NCBI GenBank assembly: GCA_049968255.1 | Contig: JBMFRB010000001.1 | Coordinates: 96,001 to 160,000 of the forward strand | Length of the DNA: 64,000 nucleotides | Source of the DNA: Candidatus Sumerlaeaceae bacterium | GTDB taxonomy: Bacteria > Sumerlaeota > Sumerlaeia > Sumerlaeales > Sumerlaeaceae | Reading direction: 5' to 3' | Shown here: positions 19,598 through 31,764 of the stretch, one piece after another | Layout: each line of letters begins with the position of its first letter | How positions within the stretch are numbered: position 1 is the stretch's first letter | The notes under the pieces: model-generated | What the model was told of the DNA's origin: nothing | Seen by the model: only the letters and a program-made list of their open reading frames with translations | The model's database searches: none | Program-made: the position numbers and the translations under genes

Positions 19598-21025
19598 ATG
19601 TCTGACCCTACCGGCTCAAAACCACTCGCACGTTTTGCCGCGCTCGACGCGTTGCGCGGTTTTGCGATCCTGACAATGGTTTTGTCGGGAACGATCCCTG
19701 AAGGGATCCTTCCCTCGTGGATGTACCACTGCCAAGTCCCCCCACCGGATCACAAATTCAATCCTTCGATTCCAGGCATCACGTGGGTGGATTTGGTGTT
19801 TCCCTTTTTTCTTTTTTGTCTCGGCGCCGCCATCCCCTTTGCGCTGCAGCGGCGCATGGAGAAAGGGCTCAGCCAGGCACAGGCTGTGGGAGTGGTGATC
19901 AAGCGTGGTTTTCAACTTTTCGCGTTCGCTGTCTATCAGGCTCATTTTTCGCCATACAATTTGAAAACCGATCCCGACTGGCTCCGCTGGGTCTATGCGC
20001 TTATGGGTTTCGGCCTTCTCTTTCCCATGATGATGCGCCTTCCCCAATCGTTGCCTAAGGTGTGGCATTGGGCAATTCGCGCATTTGGTTGGGGCGCGGC
20101 GCTCTGGCTGGTGTCGCACTTTCAGTATCAAAACGAGCCGACAACTTTTAGTATCTATCGCTCGAACATCATCCTCATGCTCCTCACGGTGTCGGCAGTT
20201 TTTGGCTCGCTCGCATGGATCTTCACGCGATCAAGTCACCTGCTGCGGTTGGGAGTGCTCGGCATCCTTATGGCGCACCGCCTTTCTTACGGATCGGAGG
20301 GGTGGGTGAAATGGATCACGGATCTCGTGTCGGTCGCCAAGATATGGAACCTCAATTACACGCACTACCTGTTTATCGTGATTCCAGGAACCATAGCTGG
20401 CGATTTGATGCTGCAATGGATGCGGCATCGTCAGGAGGACGAGCAACTGAGCTGGCCAAGCTCTCGCTACGCTTTGCTGGCGTCGCTCGGCGTGGTGTTA
20501 ATGGTCGTCGAGCTTGTCGGACTCAAAGGACGTTGGATCGGAGCGACCGTGATCGTTAGTGCCGTGCTTGTGGGGATTGGTTTCTGGTTGGTACGCACCC
20601 CTGGCTGCGACACGGAGAGATTTCTGCGTCAGCTGGTGGGATGGGGAAGTTACTGCCTATTGCTGGGGTTAGCATTCGAGCCTTACGAGGGGGGAATAAA
20701 AAAGGACCCCAACACCATGAGCTACTTTTTTGTGACAACAGGTTTAGGGTTTTACCTTATCGTCACATTCACGATCGTTCTTGATTTGTGGAAGGTGCGC
20801 CTGGGAACGCATCTGCTGGTTGCCAACGGGCAGAATCCCATGATTGCTTATGTCGGAATGGGCAATCTCATCCATCCGGTGCTCAACCTCACCGGAATTG
20901 GCCCATTCCTAGAAAAGCTCACGCCAGGGCCATGGCTGGGAACGCTGCGTGGCTTTCTCCTCACTCTGCTGCTGGCCTGGATCGTAGCTCAGTTTACGCG
21001 ACTCAAAATTTACTGGCGGACGTGA
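19598..21025 (+). CDS. DUF5009 / HGSNAT-like membrane acyltransferase
   Basis: RFAALDALRGFAILTMVLSG, GITWVDLVFPFFLF, GGIKKDP, NGQNPMIAY; multiple TM helices. Confidence 0.8.
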   Translation: MSDPTGSKPLARFAALDALRGFAILTMVLSGTIPEGILPSWMYHCQVPPPDHKFNPSIPGITWVDLVFPFFLFCLGAAIPFALQRRMEKGLSQAQAVGVVIKRGFQLFAFAVYQAHFSPYNLKTDPDWLRWVYALMGFGLLFPMMMRLPQSLPKVWHWAIRAFGWGAALWLVSHFQYQNEPTTFSIYRSNIILMLLTVSAVFGSLAWIFTRSSHLLRLGVLGILMAHRLSYGSEGWVKWITDLVSVAKIWNLNYTHYLFIVIPGTIAGDLMLQWMRHRQEDEQLSWPSSRYALLASLGVVLMVVELVGLKGRWIGATVIVSAVLVGIGFWLVRTPGCDTERFLRQLVGWGSYCLLLGLAFEPYEGGIKKDPNTMSYFFVTTGLGFYLIVTFTIVLDLWKVRLGTHLLVANGQNPMIAYVGMGNLIHPVLNLTGIGPFLEKLTPGPWLGTLRGFLLTLLLAWIVAQFTRLKIYWRT

Positions 21026-21163
21026 GGAGCAGGCTGGCTTTGTGCCCCGAGCCCCGTAGTTGCGCGCGCCACGCATAAAATGCGGCCAGGCCTGTTACCC
21101 TAATACTCGAGCCACGTGAAGCTAAGTAAGAAGCTACGCGTGGGCATAATTGGAGACAGTTCA

Positions 21164-22144
21164 ATGTCGCACGACAAAGCACCTTGGATTACATACCGTC
21201 CGGAGATCAAAGTGCTCGATTGCACAATCCGCGACGGAGGTTTGATGAATAATCATCAGTTCGACGATGAGATGGTCCGCGCAGTCTACAAAGCGTGCCT
21301 CGAGGCCGGCATCGATTACATGGAGATCGGTTACAAGGCATCGAAGAGCATTTTTGCACGCGACACTTATGGAGATTGGAAGTACTGTGACGAGGACGAC
21401 ATCCGACGAATTGTTGGAGAAAACAATACGCCGCTGAAGTTGGCAGCTATGGCCGACGCTGGAAAAACCGACTACAAGACCGACATACTGCCGAAAGAAA
21501 AAAGCGTTCTCGACATGATCCGCGTGGCCTGCTACGTCCACCAGCTCGCAGAAGCTGTAGATATGATCAAGGACGCGCATGATAAAGGTTACGAAACGAC
21601 GTGCAACATCATGGCGATTTCCGTCGTAAAAGACGCAGAGATCGAGCAGGCACTCGAGATTCTAGCAGAAACGCCGGTCTCAACCGTGGTTGTCGTGGAT
21701 AGCTATGGGTCGCTCTACACCGAGCAGGTCCGCATGCTCGTTCAGCGCTACAAAAAGGCCCTCGATGGGACGGGGAAAGAAGTTGGCATCCATGCCCACA
21801 ACAATCAGCAATTGGCTTTCGCCAACACAATTGAGGCAATCATTGCTGGAGCAAACCGCCTCGACGCCACAATGGCCGGATTGGGCCGCGGCGCAGGCAA
21901 TTGCCCGATGGAACTGTTGCTCGGTTTCCTCCGCAATCCAAAATTCAAGATACGGCCGATCTGGGAGCTTCTGGAAAAGTACTTTGTGCCACTTGCGAAG
22001 GAGCTTGATTGGGGGCCATCGCCTCCTTACATGATTACTGGCCAGTTTAACCAACATCCGCGCGCCGCTATCGCCTGGCGTGCTGGCGAGCAAAGAGATC
22101 GGATCGTGGAATTCTACGACAAATGCATCGGAGACGTCGAATAG
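21164..22144 (+). CDS. DRE-TIM (HMGL-like) aldolase, 4-hydroxy-2-oxovalerate aldolase-like
   Basis: VLDCTIRDGG, GIHAHNNQQLAFAN, GLGRGAGNCPME. Confidence 0.85.
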   Translation: MSHDKAPWITYRPEIKVLDCTIRDGGLMNNHQFDDEMVRAVYKACLEAGIDYMEIGYKASKSIFARDTYGDWKYCDEDDIRRIVGENNTPLKLAAMADAGKTDYKTDILPKEKSVLDMIRVACYVHQLAEAVDMIKDAHDKGYETTCNIMAISVVKDAEIEQALEILAETPVSTVVVVDSYGSLYTEQVRMLVQRYKKALDGTGKEVGIHAHNNQQLAFANTIEAIIAGANRLDATMAGLGRGAGNCPMELLLGFLRNPKFKIRPIWELLEKYFVPLAKELDWGPSPPYMITGQFNQHPRAAIAWRAGEQRDRIVEFYDKCIGDVE

Positions 22145-22385
22145 GGAAGCGAATGCTTTTGCGTTGAGCAGAACCCTACAGCACAGCGATCTGCTCGGCG
22201 CGAGGAGCGAGGCAACAAAAAATCCACGTGGCATGTCGGCATCATTCGGCCGCGGGAATAACACCACTCGGCACGTGGCGCTCTTCGTCAACCAATCGGC
22301 GAAAACGCGCACAGGTCTTTGCTGCAAACGACGGCGAGCTCACAACGGCCTGACAACCAACAGCACAAGAGCCATGCCCGCTACC

Positions 22386-24881
22386 TTACTCGAGTTCCCA
22401 GGAACTGACGCGTGTGGGGACCTCGATGAAGACTGTTTTGACTGCGTCAGCAACGACCAGCTTTGATGTGTCGCTGATGGCATTGCTCAGCACAACCTTG
22501 TCCGTGCCGTCGCCACGGAAACGAAACTGCCCCAGCAGGAGCCATTGGCCACCATTAATCTGCTGGTTGATGCGAATCGTCGTCGTGCCTTGAGCGTGAT
22601 AAACCGTAAAGGGCGAATCGGTGGCCCGATTCGAGGACTCTGGATACCAGACGTAGAGCTCATAAATCCCCGGGGTGGGGATGTAAAGCTTCCAAGTGGC
22701 TGTGCTCGGGGGATTGGTGCCCCAGGAGTAGCGGTAAGACGTGCCATACTTATTGGGCTGAGCCGTGCCCGTTGTCCAAGACCCCGTGAGGCTGAAACGC
22801 TGCGAATCACTATCGTCTACGATGGAAAAGTCCGTCGAGTCTGGGCCAAGAACTAACGTGTCGAGCAAATTGCCCTGGGCATCGTAGCAATAAGCGATGA
22901 ACGAGACGGTCGACGAAGGTGCCAGAACATTAGACAAAACGAGGCGCCCATTAGCCTTTGTGGTGGTTTCGCCAAGAAAACTCCCGTCGGCAAAGACGCG
23001 TGTACGGACAGCACGATGATGATAGACTTCCACGCGGAAGGGAACGCCATCTTGGATGGGCTTGAGGTCGTTGACGATCAAGTCGCCATTGTTGCGCGGG
23101 TAGGGATTCGAGTCGAAAGCGGCCCAATGAATCGGCGAGTTGGTGCGCACATTTGCCTGCAATTGACGCAGCGTAGGCGTGTCGAGGAGATCGAGGTTTG
23201 AGAGCCCTTGGGCGCTCATCATAGCAGCGGCAGTTCCGCCAGCACTGCCAATCACCCACTCAATGGGGTGCACACGGTAGCATGCGTTTGTGATATAGGT
23301 GGTGGCGATTCCTTTGCCACCGGCGAGAAGATTCCGCACATTTGCAGAGCCAAGCGCACGATAGGGAACATAAAAGGGAGCGGCTTTGCTAAAGGGCGGC
23401 ACGATGCCCGTGCTGCTTTTGGTGGGATGGACGTCTACCGCATAATTGCCGATGCCGACAGAGTCATAAAAACGCCAGGATGTGCCCCCATTGTAGTTCG
23501 TCGCGGCAGTATTAACAAGATATCGGCTCGTAAGGCGGAAATTATCGAGACCGATGATCCGGCGACAGCAACGGATGTAAGGGAATTTCGCGAGGCCGTG
23601 CCCCGTCCCCATCATGTTGAGCGGATCAGTCGTGCCATGGGGCATGCGGGTGTCCCAAGTGGTGGTGCGGCGCTCCTTCATGTAAAAATACCACGCCACC
23701 GCGTGCTTCTCGGCCTCCGCGACGTAGGCGAGATTGAGGCCCCCATGCCAATCGGCAGCTTCGGCTGCACATTGGCTCTTGGTCTTATAGATCGAGGCGT
23801 AGGGGTAATCGTTTCCGGGATACCAGTTCTGCATGGAAACATCGCCGACATTCACACTGTCGAAGCTGAAAAGCGGGCCTGTGTTCTTCAGTCGGCGATA
23901 GGTCCAAATACGATTGTAGGTGTACGAGCCAAACGAAAAATACGTCGCGCTCTGCGTGGCGTAATAGCTATCGAAATCTGGCCAAGGAGTCTTGAGCTCG
24001 TCCTCGGTGTGGGTTGTAGGATTATCGGTCATGCAGAAGGGGAAAACAGTCGCCTGGCTACCGCTCTCATTGCAGGCTGGAGGTGTCCCATCTTCAGACA
24101 TTTCTTCGGTTGTTAGCTCACGTCCCACAGTGTAGTTTGCGCCGGAAAGAACAATCACGTCGCCTGTCTCGGATGCATCAATGACGACAAAACCTTTCGA
24201 TGGGTTGCGGGGAACGACGTCGTAGAGTATCTTCGTAAAATCTGAAGAATCGTTTGGCGAATACCAATCCGTCATTTCCTCGGAGAGAAACTTGGTGTGG
24301 GGAACATAGCCAGGCTTCGGGGTGCGCTGGATGAGAGTAAGGCTAGTGATTTTCAAGGCATTGCCGAAATCGTCGGATACAGGAATCGTCCGGACACGTT
24401 TGACAACGGTCATGCGCATGACCGTCACGTTTGTTGTTTCGGATAACATTTGGTCGAGCACCCACACTGCCGTGCGGGGATCGAAAGCCTCGCGGGAGAC
24501 CCAGCACGAGCCGTTGGGAGCGAACCCTTCGCCCGGGGCGGACGGAGGCGCATTCTTGAGACGGTTGAGAAAATCGAGATAATCGGCAGGATAGTAGAGC
24601 GTGGGCTGAGTGCGCATGAGCGTGGCACCAGGATCATGCCACGCGTTGTCAATGGCGGCAACCCCCTGCGAGGTGGTTTGGCCACCGAGCCAATCGGTGG
24701 GTTCGACCAGCAAGATTTGCGCGTTGGGATTTGTGCGTGAAGCAGCCAACGCAGCTGCCGGAGCACTAAATGATCCGCCAACAATCACTATGTCGTACGC
24801 AAGCTGCTGCGCCGCCCCGTTCATCGCAACGACTCCCCACATGAGAATGGCTAAGCAAAGGATGACGAGAACACGCCGCAT
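22386..24881 (-). CDS. Secreted FAD-dependent oxidoreductase with C-terminal golvesin/xanthan-lyase-type CBM-like domain and C-terminal W-tail
   Basis: Signal peptide MRRVLVILCLAILMWGVVAMNGAAQ; YDIVIVGG..EPTDWLGGQTTSQGV; YRVHPIEW; C-domain ATW..PTPGIYELYVWY..QQINGGQWLLLGQF..VVADAVK. Ends RVSSWELE. Confidence 0.8.
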   Translation of the reverse strand: MRRVLVILCLAILMWGVVAMNGAAQQLAYDIVIVGGSFSAPAAALAASRTNPNAQILLVEPTDWLGGQTTSQGVAAIDNAWHDPGATLMRTQPTLYYPADYLDFLNRLKNAPPSAPGEGFAPNGSCWVSREAFDPRTAVWVLDQMLSETTNVTVMRMTVVKRVRTIPVSDDFGNALKITSLTLIQRTPKPGYVPHTKFLSEEMTDWYSPNDSSDFTKILYDVVPRNPSKGFVVIDASETGDVIVLSGANYTVGRELTTEEMSEDGTPPACNESGSQATVFPFCMTDNPTTHTEDELKTPWPDFDSYYATQSATYFSFGSYTYNRIWTYRRLKNTGPLFSFDSVNVGDVSMQNWYPGNDYPYASIYKTKSQCAAEAADWHGGLNLAYVAEAEKHAVAWYFYMKERRTTTWDTRMPHGTTDPLNMMGTGHGLAKFPYIRCCRRIIGLDNFRLTSRYLVNTAATNYNGGTSWRFYDSVGIGNYAVDVHPTKSSTGIVPPFSKAAPFYVPYRALGSANVRNLLAGGKGIATTYITNACYRVHPIEWVIGSAGGTAAAMMSAQGLSNLDLLDTPTLRQLQANVRTNSPIHWAAFDSNPYPRNNGDLIVNDLKPIQDGVPFRVEVYHHRAVRTRVFADGSFLGETTTKANGRLVLSNVLAPSSTVSFIAYCYDAQGNLLDTLVLGPDSTDFSIVDDSDSQRFSLTGSWTTGTAQPNKYGTSYRYSWGTNPPSTATWKLYIPTPGIYELYVWYPESSNRATDSPFTVYHAQGTTTIRINQQINGGQWLLLGQFRFRGDGTDKVVLSNAISDTSKLVVADAVKTVFIEVPTRVSSWELE

Positions 24882-25103
24882 GCTGGTGCGGTCATGTTTT
24901 TTCGGGTGGAGTGAAAAGTTCCCTTCCCGTTCTTGGAGTAACACAGTGGCAACTCCTACACGCGCATTTATTTACTCTTATATTGATTTTGCAGAAAAAG
25001 TCACGAGTCAATCCTTGTTTGGCAGAAAGCGTGGGTAAGCTCGCTTGATGACAAGCATGTTATTGTTACCGAAGCCCCGCCGAACCGTTGGCAGGTAGGT
25101 ACT

Positions 25104-25150
25104 AAAAAAAGCTCCGATCCCCCACTCGGGGATCGGAGCTCGCTTTTTTT
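25104..25150. terminator. Intrinsic terminator downstream of groEL, probably bidirectional
   Basis: 13-bp perfect stem AGCTCCGATCCCC/GGGGATCGGAGCT with a 5-nt loop, flanked by A7 and T7 tracts. Confidence 0.85.
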
Positions 25151-25189
25151 CGCTTAGGAAAAGGAGCGACGCGCCCTTGCAGCCTGCGA

Positions 25190-26815
<1,626 letters not shown>

Positions 26816-26871
26816 TCATTTCCTCCACTTCGATTTATTTGGTTTGTTAGCAGGCGCACGAGAAGCTGCTT

Positions 26872-27177
26872 TTACTTCTTCTCGCTCTTTTCGATCACGG
26901 CGAGAATGTCGCTCTCGTGCATGATCAGGTATTCTTCGCCATCAATTTTGACCTCGGTTCCGGCATATTTGCCGAACAGAACCTCGTCGCCGACTTTCAC
27001 ATCGAGGGGGATCCGCTTGCCGCTCTCGTCTTTTTTCCCTTCGCCGACAGCGACAACAGTACCCCGCTGCGGTTTCTCTTTGGCCGTGTCGGGAATGATG
27101 ATTCCCGCGGCTGATTTCTGTTCTACTTCCTCCGCGCGCTTTACCAGCACACGGTCATGCAGCGGACGAACCGGCAT
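26872..27177 (-). CDS. groES: Co-chaperonin GroES
   Basis: [41 protein letters not shown]; RBS AAGGAGG. Confidence 0.97.
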   Translation of the reverse strand: MPVRPLHDRVLVKRAEEVEQKSAAGIIIPDTAKEKPQRGTVVAVGEGKKDESGKRIPLDVKVGDEVLFGKYAGTEVKIDGEEYLIMHESDILAVIEKSEKK

Positions 27178-27229
27178 GTGAGTGAACCTCCTTAACGATA
27201 GTTTGCTCGCAATTTCTGGCACAGCCTCA

Positions 27230-27245
27230 TGCAAAGCAGGTGCCG
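27230..27245 (-). promoter_or_regulatory. Sigma-54-type (-24/-12) promoter of groESL
   Basis: The minus strand reads CGGCAC-CTGCT-TTGCA, which has the exact GG-N10-GC spacing of the TGGCAC-N5-TTGCW consensus. It lies about 53 bp upstream of the groES ATG. Confidence 0.7.
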
Positions 27246-27658
27246 ATTGTAATGATGGCTAATAACAATTGCATTATCAGTGATCTATAAAGATAACGCT
27301 TTGCCATCGCCTGCCGGACTGTTCCCATTTGAAACATGTGCAAGGCGACGTGTTGAATTAGTGCGTCATTTGCGCAGGAAAACCCGGGAATCAGGCCTGA
27401 ATGCGGGCCCAGAATTGCGCCAGCGTGCGGTGGCGGCTCTCGCGAAATGAACTATGAGCATGCGAGTCGGCGCAGATTCGTGGGCAAGCCTCTTGATGAT
27501 TGTGAGGGCGCAGCTGCCTAGGACGGATACGGCCGAAAAACGAATAACCTGCACCGCTGAAACGTAGTTGGCCACGGCCTGCGTTCAGCTTTGGGCGAGC
27601 AATGTAAGAGCTCGGCCGGCTGAAACAACAGGCACATTTTGCGACAAGAGGCATAACG

Positions 27659-28321
27659 ATGGAACGCGTAGCAATCAAGTTCGAGCCGCGCGCAGCGACA
27701 GGTAAAGGGCCCAACCGCAAATTGCGTGCGAAGGGAAAAATTCCTGCTGTCATTTACGGTTCAGGCATCGAGCCACAAAAAGTCGCCCTCGATGCGCATG
27801 AGTTTGGTATTGTTCTCCAAAAGGCAGGGAGCAGCGCCATGTTCGCGCTCGTCGCTAACGAGGGACCAAGCAAAGAAGAGCGGCTAGCTGTGATCCGCGA
27901 AATTCAGCGCGATCCTGTGACGCGCCGCATTCTCCACGTGGACCTGTATCAAGTCCGAATGGATGTTGAGGCAGACTTCGAGGTGCCTGTGCATCACGTA
28001 GGGGTGCCCGTTGGCGTGCGCGAGGGAGGCATCCTCGAAACGCATCGCCACGTCGTCGAAGTGCGCTGCCGGCCTGACATGCTTCCAAAGTTCATCGAGG
28101 CTGATCTGACCAACTTGAAGATCAACCATGCTTTCCATGCGGGGGAACTGAAGCTGCCCGAAGGGCTGAAACTTGTCACGGATCCAGAAGAGGTGCTCTT
28201 CAGCATTCTTCCGCCGAAGGATTATGTCGAGCCGACGCCTGCGGCACCTGGTGAAGAGGAGATGGCTCAGCCGGAGGTTATTGGACGTAAGAAGGCCGAA
28301 GAAGAGGAAGCTGAGGAATAA
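27659..28321 (+). CDS. rplY: 50S ribosomal protein L25 / general stress protein Ctc
   Basis: GKGPNRKLRAKGKIPAVIYG, REIQRDPVTRRILHVDL, GVREGGIL, acidic tail. Confidence 0.93.
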   Translation: MERVAIKFEPRAATGKGPNRKLRAKGKIPAVIYGSGIEPQKVALDAHEFGIVLQKAGSSAMFALVANEGPSKEERLAVIREIQRDPVTRRILHVDLYQVRMDVEADFEVPVHHVGVPVGVREGGILETHRHVVEVRCRPDMLPKFIEADLTNLKINHAFHAGELKLPEGLKLVTDPEEVLFSILPPKDYVEPTPAAPGEEEMAQPEVIGRKKAEEEEAEE

Positions 28322-28626
28322 CGGTCGCTATGGCAATCTTGGCGCCGGTCGGGGTGCGTGCAGTACTCCGACCGGCGTTGTGTTTGTTGCCAACACAAAC
28401 AGCGTCGCCGTTGCAGTGCACCTCGTGAAGGTTGCAGCTTTTTAGCCAGCCTGAGTACACTCAATTGCCAATGGCAGGAGAAGGAGTTCCCCACTGCTCA
28501 TTACCGCTGGAGCAGATCAACGCGTGTGGGCTTGAAGGAAGGCACGGGGCCGCACAGCAAACCACAATGACCAGAGAGCGGGTAGCGCAAACTTCATCAT
28601 GGATAAACGCGACCGAATTTGCTGGG

Positions 28627-29103
28627 TCAGTAGGGACGCGCTGCGCTGGGCTTGAGCACGACATCGCTGCGCGCCGGTGCGCTTGGCACATACACGGACG
28701 GATCGGCCACCTGGGGCGATGACTGGAAAGAATACGCGGGGATTCGCCACTCGAAGCTACTGGCGTAGCGAGGGCCGACGTACTGTGGAGTGCCAACGTA
28801 AGCGCGAGGCCCATAGGCCGCGTACATCGGATCGCCATACTGGTTCTTCTGCGGGCCAATGAGACTTATCTGTCGCTGCATGGCCTCGCGGCGCTGATTT
28901 TCAATATCGGCTGCTTTGGCATAGGCGTCATGCACCACTTGCTGGCCTTTTTGCATGTATTTGCGCCATGCCTTGGGGGTCCAGTGTAATTCTTCCGGCT
29001 CACAGGGATTCGACCCGCCACCGCCAGCCAAGACATTGCAACATAGGGCGAGAAGAGCGAGCGCCAGGGATATCGCTCGACTAAAGCTTTGTTTGCCAGA
29101 CAT
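28627..29103 (-). CDS. Hypothetical secreted protein with Tyr/Gly/Pro-rich C-half
   Basis: Signal-peptide-like N-terminus and a purine-rich RBS; follows the 29120 gene on the same strand. Confidence 0.6.
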   Translation of the reverse strand: MSGKQSFSRAISLALALLALCCNVLAGGGGSNPCEPEELHWTPKAWRKYMQKGQQVVHDAYAKAADIENQRREAMQRQISLIGPQKNQYGDPMYAAYGPRAYVGTPQYVGPRYASSFEWRIPAYSFQSSPQVADPSVYVPSAPARSDVVLKPSAARPY

Positions 29104-29119
29104 TGCGTCTCTTTCTCCC

Positions 29120-29392
29120 TTACGGCAAATCGTGAATTTTTCGCAGCCGATAGATTGCCTCGTTTACTTCGCACGGGAGCCACTGGTCTTGCTCGCGCAA
29201 GTACCGCGCCACGAGGTCCAGCGAGCCCATTTGACTATAAAGCTGGTCGGCGTGCACCACCTGTTCCTTTTCAATAAAGCAGCGGTCGCCGCTGCCGACG
29301 GTCATAGGGTCTACTGGCATTTTAGCACGCCATGCGCAGCCAGAAAAAATGAAAGCCGCAACTATCATTGCGGCTAAAGTGACACACGTCAT
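29120..29392 (-). CDS. Small putative lipoprotein
   Basis: Hydrophobic N-terminus ending in a lipobox-like FSGC; lies directly downstream of rpsT. Confidence 0.55.
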   Translation of the reverse strand: MTCVTLAAMIVAAFIFSGCAWRAKMPVDPMTVGSGDRCFIEKEQVVHADQLYSQMGSLDLVARYLREQDQWLPCEVNEAIYRLRKIHDLP

Positions 29393-29454
29393 TTGTTTCC
29401 GTGATTTCAGCACGGCCTTATTGCGTGAACAACAGCAGAGAAAAGCAAGAGCAA

Positions 29455-29730
29455 TCACGCCGACGCTTTTTGCGCTGCGCTGAGTTTTTTCAACAGCTTG
29501 GATTGCAGGCGGCGCATTTTGTTCTTGTGAATAATGCCGCGTTTCCAAAGGCGGCCGATGAGGCTTTGAGTCTCCCGCACCATTTTGGTGGCAACATCGG
29601 CTTCTCCTGAGGAGATGAGCGTGACGCTTTTTTTGATGCATGTCTTCATCGTGGATTTTGCGGCGCGGTTGCGAGCCTCACGCTTGAGGTTTTGGCGCAT
29701 ACGCTTCTTTGCAGATTTCTTGTTCGGCAA
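29455..29730 (-). CDS. rpsT: 30S ribosomal protein S20
   Basis: PNKKSAKKRMRQ..RNRAAKSTMKTCIKK..KRGIIHKNK.RLQSKL; TTG start. Confidence 0.95.
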   Translation of the reverse strand: MPNKKSAKKRMRQNLKREARNRAAKSTMKTCIKKSVTLISSGEADVATKMVRETQSLIGRLWKRGIIHKNKMRRLQSKLLKKLSAAQKASA

Positions 29731-29886
29731 GGCAGTCCACCTTCACAGTTATTGCGTTTGTGTTTCTCCAGGAAACGGTCCCCGCACGCGCCTTCGCGTG
29801 TGCCGGGTGCCGTAATCCGGCGCTAGATACCACAGGCTACTGAAATTGTTCGCCAGGCGCGGTGTCAGAATTTGCGGTGCAGTGAA

Positions 29887-31764
29887 TCATCCCGTCCAAC
29901 CAAGGAGTTCTTCCTCCGATTTCACGAGCGGAAGCTGGACGTTGACGATCGTTCCGCACCCTTCACGGCTCCGGATGAAGATTCGTCCGCGGTGGTCATC
30001 CACGATGCGTTGCACTAGCGCAAGCCCAAGGCCGGTGCCGTGAGTTTTTGTGGTGAAAAAGGGCGACCAAATCTTTGGCAACACGTCACGCGGGATGCCA
30101 TGGCCGTTGTCCACGATCCGAATTCGGACGTACTTGCCCGTGTTTTGGGTGCGTACAATGACCATGCCGCCTCGCGGCACTGCCGATCGTGCATTTTGTA
30201 AGAGATTGAGCAGCATTTGCCGCATTTGCATGCGGTCGCAAACCGTTGGGGGGAGATCCGGCGCAAGATCGTGAACAACGGTGATTTCTTTGCGACGGAA
30301 TTCGTCCTGAACGAACGTAAGCGCTTCGGCCACGACAGTGTTGAGGTTGACCAGCTCGTAGGTGGGTTTGGCATGGCGGGCAAAGTCGAGCACATCTTTG
30401 ATGAACTTATTGAGCCGGTCCACCTCTTCCATAATAATTGCCGTGTACTCGGCTATCTTGGGATCGGCCAGATCGGCCGCGCGGCGTTGGATGCGCTGAG
30501 CAAATCCTCGCACGCTCGTCAGGGGATTGCGAATTTCGTGAGCGACAGTGGCAGCCATTTCGCCGAGCGCGGCAAGCCGTTCTTTGCGCAGCAGCTCCTT
30601 CTGAGTGCGGCGAAGAGCTTCGTAAGACTCAAGCAGCTGCCGGTTCTGTTCCTCGATCTGTCGATATAGACGCGCATTTTCAATGGCCTGGGCGGCCATT
30701 CCCGCGATGGCGAGCAAAATTTTCCGTTCCGAAAGATCAAACTCACGACGCTCGGCGGTGTAGAGGCGGATGGTGCCAATCGTGCGGCGGCGCGCGACGA
30801 GTGGCGCGCAGATCATTGAGACGACTCCCGCTCGCGTGGCTTCGTCGCGCCAGCGAAACTGCGAATCTACACGCACATCTTCCATATAAATCATCTCGCC
30901 GCCAATGACGGGATGGTCCACGTGGCTTTCCTCGAACGGGACCTCTTGGGGCCCGATAAATCGCTCGCCGCTCGATGCCACGACACGAATAAAAAGGCGA
31001 CCGTCGCGCTCCTCCAGAAGGCGAATTGTGCACTCAGCCGCATCAAAAATTTGTTTTGTGCGATGGACGATCAGCTTGAGTACGCTTTGGTAATCGAGCG
31101 TCGACGCCATCTCTTGCTGGATCTCGTAGAGAAGCGAGATTTCGCGATAGTGCTGCTCGAGCTCCTCGTGCGTGACAGCATTACGCAACACTTGTGCGGC
31201 AAGCGAGGCTAGTGTGGAAAGAAATTCTCGGGTGTCGGCATCAAACAGCCGTTGGCGGCGCGCAAAAATGTCGATGACACCCAACGCTTCATCGCCGGCA
31301 ACCAGCGGTATGGTGAGGCGGCAAGACTTGTCGCCCGCCAGCGAATCACTGCCGCGAATGTCTTCCCCGTATTGGTGCAACTGCCCCGTGCGCACAACTT
31401 CGACAAGCACGTTTGCGCTCTCAAGCAGATCAATTCGTTCCAGTCGCGGCATGGTCCCGCGCCAAAGTTTTGGCACTAACAAATTCGATGCGGAATCGAG
31501 AATATAAAGCACCGCACCGTCGGCAGCGGTCCAGCGCACGACTTCATCGAGCACAAGGCGCATGATTTCGGTGGGCTTCATCGTGGAGGTCATGGCCACT
31601 GTGACGCGATAAAGCGCCTGAAGCTGCAGCATCCGGTGATTGAGCTGCTGCGTTGTTGAGCTGTCGGCTAAGTTGTGGGCGGATGGCGAAGGGTCTCGCT
31701 GCTGCGCAGCAGCACAGCTTTCCTCGAGATGAGCGTACTTATTGGTTTTTGAGCGCTTCTTCAT
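29887..31764 (-). CDS. Cytoplasmic sensor histidine kinase with two GAF domains (NtrB-like)
   Basis: Two GAF-like repeats; H-box ERLAALGEMAATVAHEIRNPL; N/G boxes NLLQNA, DNGHGI, PFFTTKTHGTGLGL. Confidence 0.9.
   Translation of the reverse strand: MKKRSKTNKYAHLEESCAAAQQRDPSPSAHNLADSSTTQQLNHRMLQLQALYRVTVAMTSTMKPTEIMRLVLDEVVRWTAADGAVLYILDSASNLLVPKLWRGTMPRLERIDLLESANVLVEVVRTGQLHQYGEDIRGSDSLAGDKSCRLTIPLVAGDEALGVIDIFARRQRLFDADTREFLSTLASLAAQVLRNAVTHEELEQHYREISLLYEIQQEMASTLDYQSVLKLIVHRTKQIFDAAECTIRLLEERDGRLFIRVVASSGERFIGPQEVPFEESHVDHPVIGGEMIYMEDVRVDSQFRWRDEATRAGVVSMICAPLVARRRTIGTIRLYTAERREFDLSERKILLAIAGMAAQAIENARLYRQIEEQNRQLLESYEALRRTQKELLRKERLAALGEMAATVAHEIRNPLTSVRGFAQRIQRRAADLADPKIAEYTAIIMEEVDRLNKFIKDVLDFARHAKPTYELVNLNTVVAEALTFVQDEFRRKEITVVHDLAPDLPPTVCDRMQMRQMLLNLLQNARSAVPRGGMVIVRTQNTGKYVRIRIVDNGHGIPRDVLPKIWSPFFTTKTHGTGLGLALVQRIVDDHRGRIFIRSREGCGTIVNVQLPLVKSEEELLGWTG

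Noticed and set aside
27217-27245. TGGCAC...GTGCCG inverted repeat as a CIRCE element
   Set aside because: The arm sequence and spacing do not fit TTAGCACTC-N9-GAGTGCTAA. The minus-strand sigma-54 reading explains it better.
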